Shown here: positions 39,613-50,151 of the stretch, piece by piece
How positions within the stretch are numbered: position 1 is the stretch's first letter
How the letters are laid out: the number at the start of each line of letters is the position of its first letter
NCBI GenBank assembly: GCA_045643205.1
Contig: JAZUKI010000004.1
Span: 1-64,000, forward strand
Origin: Clostridia bacterium
Lineage (GTDB): Bacteria; Bacillota; Clostridia; TANB77; CAG-508
Direction of reading: 5' to 3'
DNA: 64,000 bases
The notes under the pieces: model-generated
The model's input: only the letters and a program-made list of their open reading frames with translations
What the model was told of the DNA's origin: nothing
The model's database searches: none
Made by a program: the position numbers and the translations under genes

Positions 39613-41172
39613 ATGAAAACGAGAGTAGTTATAATAGGCGCTGGACCAGCTGGTTTAACGGCAGCATATGAACTATTAAAAAATGATGGCCAAAAAAAGT
39701 ATAGTGTTGAAATTTTTGAAGAGAGTAAAGACATCGGAGGAATATCAAAAACAATAAAATTTAATGGCAATAGAATGGATATTGGAGGACATAGATTCTT
39801 TTCAAAGAATGATGAAATAATGAATTTTTGGAAAGAACTAATGCCTATACAAGGGAAAAATTCTTTTGATGATGAAGAATTAGGAAGAGTTAAAAAACTT
39901 GAAGAAGGTGGTCCTAATCCAGAGAAAGAAGACAAAGTATTTTTAATAAGACAAAGAGTTTCAAGAATTTATTTTAATAAAAAATTTTATGACTATCCTA
40001 TAAGTTTAAAGAAGCAAACATTAAAGAATATGGGCTTCAAAAATACAATAGTTGTTGGTTTAAGTTACTTAAAATCATTAATACATAAAAGAGAAGAAAA
40101 ATCATTAGAAGATTTTTATATAAATAGATTTGGAAAAAAATTGTATTCAATGTTTTTTGAAAGTTATACTGAAAAACTTTGGGGAAGACATCCAAGTAAA
40201 ATTTCAGCAGACTGGGGAGCCCAAAGAATAAAAGGAATTTCAATTAAAACTATCATTAAAGATATTTTTAATAAGAAAAATAATAAGAAAAACAATAAAA
40301 ACACTGAAACATCACTGATTGAACAGTTTTATTATCCTAAATTTGGACCAGGACAATTATGGGAGACTTTAGCCAATAAGGTTGTAGAACTGGGTGGAAA
40401 AATAAATTTAGAATGCTCAGTACAAAAAATAAATTTCAACGAAAACAAAATTGTTTCTATAGAATACAAAAAAGAGAATAAAGTTAAAGTAGTTGATACT
40501 GACATTTGTATTTCTTCAATGCCTATAAAAAATCTAATTAATAGTTTTGAAAAAACAGTTCCAATAGAAATGCAAGATATTGCTAATGGATTACCTTATA
40601 GAGATTTTGTTACTGTCGGAATTCAAGTAGATAAATTAAATATAAAAAATGAAACTGATATTAAAACAATAAACAACATTGTTCCTGATTGTTGGATATA
40701 TGTTCAAGAACCAAATATTAAAATGATGAGAATTCAAGTTTTCAATAATTGGTCTCCTTACTTGGTTAAAGATATACATAATAAAGTTTGGATAGGTACA
40801 GAATATACTTGTGAAGAAGGAGATGAATTTTGGAATAAAGCAGATGAAGAAATTTCAAAATTTGCAGTAGAAGAGCTAGCAAAAATGAACATTATAGATA
40901 AGGAACAAGTCGAATTTACTCATTGTGAAAAAGTAAAAAAAGGTTATCCAGCATATTTTGATACATATAAAGATATAAACAAGTTAGTTTCATATTTAAA
41001 CAAAATAGAAAATTTATATTGTATAGGAAGAAATGGACAACATAGATATAACAACATGGATCATTCAATGCTTACTGGGATTGAAACAGTAAAATGTATT
41101 AAAAAAAATAAAAATGACAAATCAAGTATTTGGAATATAAATGCTGAAAAAGAATATCATGAAGAAAAATAA
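39613..41172 (+). CDS. FAD-dependent oxidoreductase (protoporphyrinogen oxidase/UDP-galactopyranose mutase-like superfamily)
   Basis: [50 protein letters not shown]. Confidence 0.85.
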   Translation: MKTRVVIIGAGPAGLTAAYELLKNDGQKKYSVEIFEESKDIGGISKTIKFNGNRMDIGGHRFFSKNDEIMNFWKELMPIQGKNSFDDEELGRVKKLEEGGPNPEKEDKVFLIRQRVSRIYFNKKFYDYPISLKKQTLKNMGFKNTIVVGLSYLKSLIHKREEKSLEDFYINRFGKKLYSMFFESYTEKLWGRHPSKISADWGAQRIKGISIKTIIKDIFNKKNNKKNNKNTETSLIEQFYYPKFGPGQLWETLANKVVELGGKINLECSVQKINFNENKIVSIEYKKENKVKVVDTDICISSMPIKNLINSFEKTVPIEMQDIANGLPYRDFVTVGIQVDKLNIKNETDIKTINNIVPDCWIYVQEPNIKMMRIQVFNNWSPYLVKDIHNKVWIGTEYTCEEGDEFWNKADEEISKFAVEELAKMNIIDKEQVEFTHCEKVKKGYPAYFDTYKDINKLVSYLNKIENLYCIGRNGQHRYNNMDHSMLTGIETVKCIKKNKNDKSSIWNINAEKEYHEEK

Positions 41173-41246
41173 TGTTATGAAGAAAATAATATAAACTAGA
41201 AATATTAAAAAGAACAAAACCATAATAAGTTTAAGGAGGTTACATT

Positions 41247-42419
41247 ATGTGGGGAGATATAGCAATTGCTTTTATGCTTTCTTTTATTACATCGTTTGTT
41301 TGCGTACCAATGACAATTAAATTAGCTAAGAGAGTTGGAGCAATAGATTATCCTGATGAGAGAAGAGTAAATGTAAAACCAATACCTAGAATAGGTGGAA
41401 TTGCAGTAATACTAGGCTTTTTAGTTGCAATGGTGTTTCTAATTACAACTATGGTAATTCAAGGCGATTTAAATTTAGAAGAAGAAAATATGAAAATGAA
41501 ACTTATTGGTTTCTTACTTGGAGGAATTATTTTAGTTTCTGCAGCATTATTTGATGATATTAAAAATTTAAAACCTTGGATGAAATTTTTAGCACAATTA
41601 GTTGCAGCTGGAATAGTTGTAGGATTTGGTGTTAGAATTGATAGTTTCAACAATATTGAAATTCCAGTTTGGGCAAGTATTAGCATAACTATATTATGGA
41701 TTGTTGGAATAATAAATGCGATTAATCTTATAGATGGATTAGATGGATTATCATCAGGTATTTCATTAATATCATGTTTGTGCTTATTAATAATATTTGC
41801 AACAAATTTTTCACCAATTATTTCTATTATATTAGTAACTGCATTAGCTGGAGGAATTACAGGATTCTTACCATTTAATATAAATCCAGCAAAAACTTTT
41901 ATAGGTGATGTAGGAGCACAATTTTTAGGTTATGCATTATCTGTTATAGCAATATTTGGTGTTGCAAAAACAGTTACATTATTTGTATTAATTGCTCCAA
42001 TTTTAATTTTGGGATTACCTATTTTTGATACAGTATTTGCCATTATTAGAAGAATGATAAAAGGAAAATCAATTAAAGCTGTTTTTCAAGCAGATAGAGG
42101 ACATTTGCATCATAGATTAATGGATCAAGGTTTTACACAAAAACAATCTGTTACAATTTTATATGCACTAAGTGCTTCTTTAGGAATGTTTGCAATTATT
42201 TTAGTAGATGACAATTGGCAAAAAGCATTAGCATTTATTATAGTAGTTGCCATAGTCGTATTATTAGGATTTAGAGGAGTTAAGGCATATAAGAAATCAA
42301 TAATTGAAGAAAATAAAGAATTAAATTTAGTAGATAAAGAAAAGCTTGAAAAAATAGCAAAAGATAAAGAAAAAGAAAAAGTAGAAAAGAAAAAGACTAA
42401 AGAGAATAAAAAGAAGTAA
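41247..42419 (+). CDS. undecaprenyl-phosphate GlcNAc-1-phosphate transferase (TagO/WecA family)
   Basis: PIPRIGGIA, FDD, NAINLIDGLDGL, PAKTFIGDVGA, DRGHLHHRL. Confidence 0.92.
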   Translation: MWGDIAIAFMLSFITSFVCVPMTIKLAKRVGAIDYPDERRVNVKPIPRIGGIAVILGFLVAMVFLITTMVIQGDLNLEEENMKMKLIGFLLGGIILVSAALFDDIKNLKPWMKFLAQLVAAGIVVGFGVRIDSFNNIEIPVWASISITILWIVGIINAINLIDGLDGLSSGISLISCLCLLIIFATNFSPIISIILVTALAGGITGFLPFNINPAKTFIGDVGAQFLGYALSVIAIFGVAKTVTLFVLIAPILILGLPIFDTVFAIIRRMIKGKSIKAVFQADRGHLHHRLMDQGFTQKQSVTILYALSASLGMFAIILVDDNWQKALAFIIVVAIVVLLGFRGVKAYKKSIIEENKELNLVDKEKLEKIAKDKEKEKVEKKKTKENKKK

Positions 42420-42465
42420 TAAAAGCAAGTGATAAAAACAAAAAATAAAAAGGGGAAAATTTAAT

Positions 42466-43467
42466 ATGGGAGAAAACATAGTTAACCCAGAATTGAATAA
42501 TGAAATTGAAGAATCTTCTGAAAATGCTTTAAGACCACAAAGATTAAGCGAATATATTGGACAAACAGGTGTTAAAGAAAAGATGCAAGTATACATTGAA
42601 GCAGCAAAGAAAAGAAATGAGACTTTAGACCATGTTTTATTATATGGTCCTCCAGGATTAGGAAAAACAACTCTTGCAAATATAATTTCAAATGAAATGA
42701 ATTCAAACATAAAGACAACATCTGGTCCTGCAATTGAAAAAGCAGGAGATTTAGCGGCAATATTAACTAGTCTTTCTGAAAATGATGTTTTGTTTATCGA
42801 TGAGATTCATAGATTAAATAAAAATGTAGAGGAAATACTTTATCCAGCATTAGAAGATTTTACAGTAGATATAATGATTGGAAAAGGACCAACAGCAAAA
42901 TCAATCAGATTAAATTTACCTAAATTTACTTTAATTGGTGCAACTACAAAAGCAGGTTCATTAACAACACCTTTACGTGATAGATTTGGAATAGTTGAAA
43001 GACTAGAACTATATGAACCAGAAGAATTGGCTATGATTGTAAAAAGATCAGCTAAAATTTTAAAGGTAAATATTGATGAAGATGCAGCATATGAAATAGC
43101 TAGACGTTCTCGTGGAACACCTAGAATTGCAAATAGATTGCTAAAAAGAGTAAGCGATTATGCTGTAGTTTTAGGTGATGGAAATATTAACTTAAACGAT
43201 GCAAAGAATGCATTAAATAAATTAGAAATTGATGAATTAGGATTAGATAATTTAGATAGAAGACTATTAAAGACATTAATAGATACATATCATGGAAGAC
43301 CAGTTGGGGCAGATACATTGGCTACAACTTTAGGAGAAGAAACAACGACTATTGAAGATGTATATGAACCATACTTAATACAAATAGGATTTATAGCAAG
43401 AACACCTAGAGGAAGACAAGCAATGCCAGAAGCATATAAGCATCTTGGATATAAATATGAAGAATAA
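42466..43467 (+). CDS. ruvB: Holliday junction branch migration helicase RuvB
   Basis: [57 protein letters not shown]. Confidence 0.98.
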   Translation: MGENIVNPELNNEIEESSENALRPQRLSEYIGQTGVKEKMQVYIEAAKKRNETLDHVLLYGPPGLGKTTLANIISNEMNSNIKTTSGPAIEKAGDLAAILTSLSENDVLFIDEIHRLNKNVEEILYPALEDFTVDIMIGKGPTAKSIRLNLPKFTLIGATTKAGSLTTPLRDRFGIVERLELYEPEELAMIVKRSAKILKVNIDEDAAYEIARRSRGTPRIANRLLKRVSDYAVVLGDGNINLNDAKNALNKLEIDELGLDNLDRRLLKTLIDTYHGRPVGADTLATTLGEETTTIEDVYEPYLIQIGFIARTPRGRQAMPEAYKHLGYKYEE

Positions 43468-43481
43468 TTAGGAGAATATAG

Positions 43482-45062
43482 ATGAAAAAAGATAAAATCT
43501 TTTTTTGGATAATTACAATTTTAACTGTAGGATTTGTTTTCTGTGTTACACTTAGCGGAATAATTAATCATAACATTTCAGATTTGGATGAATTATGGCA
43601 ATTTAATATATCAAAACAAATAGGTAATGGTTTAATTCCATATACAGATATAAGTATGATAACAACACCTTTAACATCATGGATAGGAGCAATATTTCTA
43701 AATATAATTGGAGTTAATGTTTTTAATTTTAGAATTTTAACTGCAATTATAGTTAGCATAATAGCATTAGTAACTATGCTTATATGCAAAGAATTAACCA
43801 ATAAAAAATTATTTGCATTTGTTACTACAATGATTCTTACAGAAATGTTTTTGATTAATTATAGATTGGATTACAATGTTACCACCAATATATTAGTTTT
43901 AATAATTCTTCTAATTGAATTAAAATTAATGAAGAAATATAACAATGAAACAAATTCTAAAGTACCATTAAAATTTAATCATATAATAATTGGAATTGTT
44001 TCAGGACTAGCTATTATTAATAAACAAACATTAGGAATATTTATATCATTAGCTGTTATTATTGTTCCGTTATTGTTTTTAACAAAAGATAATAAAAAAA
44101 ATATATTAAAAAATATACTATATAGAATAATTGGTATTGTAATTCCAGTTGCAATATTTATAGTATATCTTTTAATAAGTAATAGTTTTTATGATTGCAT
44201 GAGTTATATAATACTTGGAATTAAATCTTTTGATAACTTTATTGGATATTCAAAATTAATTGAAAAAAGAGAGGGAGGTATTAATGTTTTAGCAATATTA
44301 GTACCTATGATAGAAATATTAACTCTTATTGTAATCTTAGTAGTAAGAATAGGAAAGCATAAAGGTAAAAAATCAACATTAGAAAAAAGTGAATTTGATA
44401 AATTACAATTATTATTTATATATTCTTTACCAATGTTTACTTTAATATATCCAATTGCAGATAGAATACATTTTTTAATTGGGATATATGTTATATCAAT
44501 TTTAATTATGTATGAATTATATATAAGCATTCAAATTATTATTAAAAACAAAAAGGAAAAAACTAAATATTTAATTTATATATTTAGTTTTATACTGTTA
44601 ATGGGATATCCAGTATATTCAAATCTTGTTTATTTAAAGGAGAATACAACTCAATATATTGATGCAAAAAAATCAGACATTCATTATTATGAGAATACAG
44701 TTTATTCTAGTGCAATACAACAAAGAGTATACGAAATAGAAAATTTTATAAATTTAGAACAAAATAAAGGATATAAGATAATCATAGTTGATGCAGAAGC
44801 AGCAGCTAGTGAAATACCATTAGATATATATAATAAAAATTACTCAATGTTTACAAAAGGAAATTTGGGAGCAAAAGGGGAAGATGGAATTATAGAGGAT
44901 ATAAAGAAATCTGAAAAATGCATATATTTAATTAAAAATAGTAGATATAAACCTAATTGGCAAAATCCTTCTAAAGTTACAAACTTTATAAAAGAAAATT
45001 TATATTTAATTGATTCTGTTTATGTTTTTGATTGTTATGTAGTTGAAGCAGGAGGAAGATAA
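43482..45062 (+). CDS. polytopic membrane protein, probable GT-C glycosyltransferase
   Basis: DE in first loop, G..PY.D.....TPL, KQ..G; about 12 TMs plus C-terminal soluble domain. Confidence 0.55.
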   Translation: MKKDKIFFWIITILTVGFVFCVTLSGIINHNISDLDELWQFNISKQIGNGLIPYTDISMITTPLTSWIGAIFLNIIGVNVFNFRILTAIIVSIIALVTMLICKELTNKKLFAFVTTMILTEMFLINYRLDYNVTTNILVLIILLIELKLMKKYNNETNSKVPLKFNHIIIGIVSGLAIINKQTLGIFISLAVIIVPLLFLTKDNKKNILKNILYRIIGIVIPVAIFIVYLLISNSFYDCMSYIILGIKSFDNFIGYSKLIEKREGGINVLAILVPMIEILTLIVILVVRIGKHKGKKSTLEKSEFDKLQLLFIYSLPMFTLIYPIADRIHFLIGIYVISILIMYELYISIQIIIKNKKEKTKYLIYIFSFILLMGYPVYSNLVYLKENTTQYIDAKKSDIHYYENTVYSSAIQQRVYEIENFINLEQNKGYKIIIVDAEAAASEIPLDIYNKNYSMFTKGNLGAKGEDGIIEDIKKSEKCIYLIKNSRYKPNWQNPSKVTNFIKENLYLIDSVYVFDCYVVEAGGR

Positions 45063-46100
45063 ATGAAATTATTGTTACATGCTTGTTGTGCACCTTGCAG
45101 TGTGTATTGTGTGGATACATTAAGAGCAGAAGGCATTGAGCCTACAATGTATTGGTTCAATCCAAATATTCATCCATACAAAGAATATGTTTCAAGAAGA
45201 GATTGTTTTAAAGAATATTGTCAAACACAAAATTTAAAAAGTATTATTGAAGATGAATATGGACTTGATGAATTTTGTAAGAATGTTTCGAATGACATTA
45301 AAGGAAGATGTATAAATTATTGTTATCCAATAAGACTAAGAAAAATTTTTGAATATGCAAAAGAAAATGGATACGATACAGTTAGTACAACATTACTTTA
45401 TAGTATTTATCAAAAACATGATTTTATAAAAAAGTATTGCGAAGATTTATCTAAAGAATTTGAAATAGATTTTTTATATAGAGATTTTAGGGTTGGTTTT
45501 GAACAAGGACATCAAAAAGCATATGAACTAGAATTATATTTACAAAAATATTGTGGATGTGTTTTTAGCGAAGAAGATAGGTATTATTACCATAGTGCAG
45601 AGAAACCAACAATACCAATAAATTATGAAGAAATGAACCAAAAGAACATATGTGTAAAAAAGATAGAAAATAAAGAAGAATATATAGACTTATTTTTAGA
45701 AGCAGATCCATCAGAAGAATGTATTAAAAAATATTTAAATGATTCAGATGTATATGGATTACAAGTAGATAAGGATATTGTTTCTTTAGCAGTAATTTTG
45801 CATATTTCTGATAAAACATTAGAATTAAAAAATCTAGTCACAAAAGAAGAATATCGAGGAAAAGGATATGCAAAAAAATTATTGAAGTCATTATGTGGAA
45901 ATTACAAACAAAAATACAACCAAATAATAGTTGGAACATCAGAAAATAATATACCATTCTATGTAAAACAAGGATTTGATAAATACGAAAAGACAATTAA
46001 GAACTTCTTTATAGATAATTATAATGAAGAAATATGGGATGGAAATTTACAATGCATTGATATGTATTATTATTCAAAAGATTTAAAGAAAAAACTATAG
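45063..46100 (+). CDS. queH: epoxyqueuosine reductase QueH fused to a GNAT acetyltransferase
   Basis: LLHACCAPCS, NPNIHP..EY, RC..CY..RL, YLQKYCGC; C-terminal LEADP, YRGKGYAK, FY.K.GF. Confidence 0.85.
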   Translation: MKLLLHACCAPCSVYCVDTLRAEGIEPTMYWFNPNIHPYKEYVSRRDCFKEYCQTQNLKSIIEDEYGLDEFCKNVSNDIKGRCINYCYPIRLRKIFEYAKENGYDTVSTTLLYSIYQKHDFIKKYCEDLSKEFEIDFLYRDFRVGFEQGHQKAYELELYLQKYCGCVFSEEDRYYYHSAEKPTIPINYEEMNQKNICVKKIENKEEYIDLFLEADPSEECIKKYLNDSDVYGLQVDKDIVSLAVILHISDKTLELKNLVTKEEYRGKGYAKKLLKSLCGNYKQKYNQIIVGTSENNIPFYVKQGFDKYEKTIKNFFIDNYNEEIWDGNLQCIDMYYYSKDLKKKL

Positions 46101-46123
46101 ATTAAAATTAATGGAGAAAATTT

Positions 46124-48523
46124 GTGATAATAAAGGATGAATTAAAAAGAAAAAATATAATAGACAGAATGATAAAAGAACAAGATATTATTTCATTTTA
46201 TGCAAATACACATTTTAATAAATCTTTAAATATCTTACAAGATTATGATGAAGGTCTATATTATAGCCAAATAGGTGACTTTATTATGGAAAACAGTGAA
46301 ATGCTAGCAAATTTTTCAGTGAAAAATTTATACAATGTACTTGCTAGTGTATCTGAAGATGAAGATAAAAAGAAAATAAATTCTTTTCTTATTAGTAAAT
46401 TAGAAAAAGAAGATTTTTTCATTGAACCAATAGATTTAGAATTTATGATGAAAAATTTTTATACAAGTTCATACTATAGCAAGATAGAAGAAAATACTAG
46501 AAGTTCAATAAATGAAAAATTAATGGCTAGCTATGATGAATTAAAAGGCACAAAATATGAAAAGATAATAAAGAGTTTTTCAAAATATACAGATATAGCC
46601 AACTTTTTAAAATATTATAAAGAGGGCATTTTTACAGATGAAAAAATTAAAGCATTAGAAGCAATGATAGATAAAAATCCTAATGCAATGGATAATGTAA
46701 ATTTTGGAATATTTAAAGATGAAATATTTGCCATGGGAACTGAATTTTGTGAATATGTATCAAAATTCCCATCACTAAGTTACCAACTTGTTTTTTTAAG
46801 TGAACATGCTCCTGAATTAGTAAAAGTTATTTCAAATAGAGTAAAAACATACGATAATGTAAAAGATAATCTTGATGAAATAGAAACATTAATTACATAT
46901 TCTGCTAGAAATGCATTCGAATTAAAAAATATTTCAATAAACAGTAATGAACTTATTGAATGTGCATATAGAAACTCAAATGATTTTGGATTAATAAATG
47001 TTCCATATGGGGAAGATTATGAAAAAAGATTAAATGAAGAGTTAAATAGAAAATATGAAAATGCTAGAGATAAAGATGAAAAGCTAAATATATATTTAAA
47101 TAAAGTATATTCTATCTCTTTAGATAAATCAAAAAAAATGTTAAGTGAGTACGGAAGTGATCTAGGAAACTTAAATTTACCAGAAGAAACATTATCATTC
47201 TTCAGTGAATTAAACAAGATAATTCAGATAGATGATGAAACTTCAATTAATAAGATGTTTGAAAATTCTACTAGAAGTTACTTACCAAGTCAAATAGCAC
47301 AAATTAAAAAAAGTATCGCAAATGAATGTGCAAAAGACTTTTCTAAAGAATTTGATTTAACAGGAAAAAATTTAGATTCACAAAATGAAGATATTGAAGA
47401 AATTGAATTTGATGGAAAGAAAATAAAACAAATAAATCTACATGGCAAGTTTAATATGCTAGTACATAGTACAGATTCTGGATTTATAAGAAATGCAAAA
47501 GAGACAGAAAACTATAAAGAAGAATGGAATTCTAACAAAGATAAGAAAAATCATATAGTTTCTACAACATATATAAATCAAGACTTTATAGGATTAGCTC
47601 CTGTAGGAGAAAGTGGCGTAAGATACGGCTTTGCACATCTAAATGAATCTCAAATAAAGTTAATGGGAGTTACAGATTTAAATACTTATTCAAGTAATTT
47701 CGCATATGATGCAGCTACAAAACAATATATGTCATCTAAGACTTTACTATACAACACAAGAAGAGTTTATAGTGAATTTGGAATAGAACGTGAAGAAACT
47801 AATCCTGATTATATTATTATATGTGATGATGATTCAAAGGAATTAACTCAAAATGCATATAAAGCAGCAAGTCAATTTAATATACCTATAGTTTATATTG
47901 ATAAGCAAAAAATCGAACAAAATCAAATTAATAATTTAGATAATTTAATAGAAGAATTTAAACGAACTCAAGATACAAACACATTAAAGAAATTAATTAA
48001 TGCATATGAAACTAATATGTCAGGCTGGTTATTAAATAGAAGTGATACAATAGAAAACGACAATTCATATACTGCGGATATAGATAATTCAAGATTTATA
48101 GATGACTTTAATAATAGAAAAACACAATTGACTGATTTAGTTCAAGATTTTTTAAGTAAAGAAAATAAAGAAAATGAAATTGTTGAAGTAATAGAAATTT
48201 TATTAGAAGAAATTGAATTATATGAAGATTGTGAAAAGGATAAACCGATTAGCAAAACGAAAATAAGTTTTGATGCAAATGATTTACTAATAAATGCAAA
48301 TGAAAAACTAACAGAAATGGGTAAGGACAATTTAAAAGTTAATTTAGAGTCAGGAGAAAAATTATCACAATACAAATTAAGAATTAATGATTGTGTAAAA
48401 AGTTTCTTAAGTGGAGAAGAACCAGTTACATCAGAAAATGTTAGAGCAGTAAAAGAAAAAATGCTTAGTTTAGAAAAGTCAGAAATTACAAATGATACAA
48501 AGGAAATTAATGAACTAGAGTAA
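46124..48523 (+). CDS. large hypothetical protein with a possible ADP-ribosyltransferase-like domain
   Basis: 799-aa ORF with GGAG RBS and GTG start; LVHS / VSTT / YSE motif order; no TM or signal peptide. Confidence 0.45.
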   Translation: MIIKDELKRKNIIDRMIKEQDIISFYANTHFNKSLNILQDYDEGLYYSQIGDFIMENSEMLANFSVKNLYNVLASVSEDEDKKKINSFLISKLEKEDFFIEPIDLEFMMKNFYTSSYYSKIEENTRSSINEKLMASYDELKGTKYEKIIKSFSKYTDIANFLKYYKEGIFTDEKIKALEAMIDKNPNAMDNVNFGIFKDEIFAMGTEFCEYVSKFPSLSYQLVFLSEHAPELVKVISNRVKTYDNVKDNLDEIETLITYSARNAFELKNISINSNELIECAYRNSNDFGLINVPYGEDYEKRLNEELNRKYENARDKDEKLNIYLNKVYSISLDKSKKMLSEYGSDLGNLNLPEETLSFFSELNKIIQIDDETSINKMFENSTRSYLPSQIAQIKKSIANECAKDFSKEFDLTGKNLDSQNEDIEEIEFDGKKIKQINLHGKFNMLVHSTDSGFIRNAKETENYKEEWNSNKDKKNHIVSTTYINQDFIGLAPVGESGVRYGFAHLNESQIKLMGVTDLNTYSSNFAYDAATKQYMSSKTLLYNTRRVYSEFGIEREETNPDYIIICDDDSKELTQNAYKAASQFNIPIVYIDKQKIEQNQINNLDNLIEEFKRTQDTNTLKKLINAYETNMSGWLLNRSDTIENDNSYTADIDNSRFIDDFNNRKTQLTDLVQDFLSKENKENEIVEVIEILLEEIELYEDCEKDKPISKTKISFDANDLLINANEKLTEMGKDNLKVNLESGEKLSQYKLRINDCVKSFLSGEEPVTSENVRAVKEKMLSLEKSEITNDTKEINELE

Positions 48524-48542
48524 AAAAATAGGAGAAAATTTT

Positions 48543-49058
48543 ATGGTAAATACATTCAATGTTTCGTGTACAGAAGTATATGAAATAATAAAAAAATTGC
48601 CAGAGAAAGAATTAGAAAAAATACCTCAAAAAGAAATAGAATTTTTAGAAAAAAATATGGATAAGTCATATTCTTTTGAATGTAATGAAAATATTTTAAA
48701 TCCTAATAGTAATATTTCATTAGAAGCTAAAGCTATGATTATAATATTATGGGAAAAATATTTTGCAAGTGATTTACAAAGACAAAAATTGAAAGCTATA
48801 CTAGAAAGAAATCAAATTAAAGTTGAAGAGGAAAAAAGAAGAAAATATTCCTATGAAATGCTATTTGAAAGAAACAGTAAAACACAAAATTTAAAAGAAA
48901 AAAATCACAATGATTTTAAAATAAATGAGAATACAAAAAATATAGAAACTATTAAAAATACCGCAAATGCAACCAATATAGAGAATGCATTAGTTGTAAA
49001 AAAAGAAGGCTTATTAAGTAAAATCAAAAACTTTTTTAAAAAAATTTTGAAAAAATAA
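48543..49058 (+). CDS. hypothetical protein with C-terminal amphipathic helix
   Basis: AGGAG RBS; ends ALVVKKEGLLSKIKNFFKKILKK. Confidence 0.7.
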   Translation: MVNTFNVSCTEVYEIIKKLPEKELEKIPQKEIEFLEKNMDKSYSFECNENILNPNSNISLEAKAMIIILWEKYFASDLQRQKLKAILERNQIKVEEEKRRKYSYEMLFERNSKTQNLKEKNHNDFKINENTKNIETIKNTANATNIENALVVKKEGLLSKIKNFFKKILKK

Positions 49059-49068
49059 AAGTAAAGGA

Positions 49069-50073
49069 ATGAATATGGGAAAAGTAAGTTATTTGATTAA
49101 AAGAATTGCAAAAATGGATAAAAAAGCAATGCTAAGAAAAACAAGAGAAATTCATAAGAAAACAGGAAAATCTAGAATATATTTATTTTTTGACATGATT
49201 AAATGTGGAAGAAAATATGGAGCAGGTTATATGGATTATGACTTATATGAAATGTATAATTTAACTCCAGAACAAAGAGATACATATTTAACTCGTGGAA
49301 GAAATAATAATATAGATAAAACATTTAATAACAAAGAATATAAATGGAGACTTGAGAGAAAAGACCAATTTAATACAAATTTCAATAAATATTTAAAACG
49401 TGATTGGGTAAATGTTTCAGGAGATAATAAAGAAGAGGTTATTAAATTTTTGGAAAAGCATGAAGAATTCTTAGCAAAACCAATAAATGGTTCATGCGGA
49501 AAAAATATAGAAAAGATACATACTAAAGATTATGAAAATTTAGATGAATTATATAATTATCTTATTGATAAAGAATTTGAACTTGAAGAAATTATTCAAC
49601 AACATTCTGAAGTAAGTAAAATTTATCCTGGATCAATAAATACAGTAAGAGTAGTTACAATTTTAAAAGATAACGAAACTCATATAATGGCAACTTATTT
49701 TAGAATTGGTAACAATGGAAAATTTGTTGATAATTTTAATTCGGGAGGAATGGTTGCACCAGTTAATGAAGAAACTGGTGAAGTTACACAAAGTGCAATT
49801 GATAAAAATAAAAATCTTTATGATGTTCATCCTACTACAGGAACACAAATAAAAGGATTTAAGTTTCCTTATTGGAAAGAAATGCGCAAAATGGTAGAAG
49901 AAGCAAGCAAAGTAATTCCTCAAATGGGATATGTAGGATGGGATGTTGCATTTACACCTAATGGACCTGTACTAGTTGAAGCAAATGATTTTCCTGGCCA
50001 CGATATTTATCAATTACCAGAACATACTCCAGATAAAATAGGTGTATATCCTAAATTTAGAAAATATTTATAA
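49069..50073 (+). CDS. sugar-transfer-associated ATP-grasp protein
   Basis: LAKP..GSCG..I, EE.I.QH, S.NTVRV.T, VDN...GG, HP.TG..I.G...PYW, VGWDVA...GP.LVEAN. Confidence 0.85.
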   Translation: MNMGKVSYLIKRIAKMDKKAMLRKTREIHKKTGKSRIYLFFDMIKCGRKYGAGYMDYDLYEMYNLTPEQRDTYLTRGRNNNIDKTFNNKEYKWRLERKDQFNTNFNKYLKRDWVNVSGDNKEEVIKFLEKHEEFLAKPINGSCGKNIEKIHTKDYENLDELYNYLIDKEFELEEIIQQHSEVSKIYPGSINTVRVVTILKDNETHIMATYFRIGNNGKFVDNFNSGGMVAPVNEETGEVTQSAIDKNKNLYDVHPTTGTQIKGFKFPYWKEMRKMVEEASKVIPQMGYVGWDVAFTPNGPVLVEANDFPGHDIYQLPEHTPDKIGVYPKFRKYL

Positions 50074-50151
50074 TATATCTATAATATAAATATTTATAAA
50101 AAATATCATAATATAATATATAGAAAACCAAAATAAAAGAAAGAGATTATT

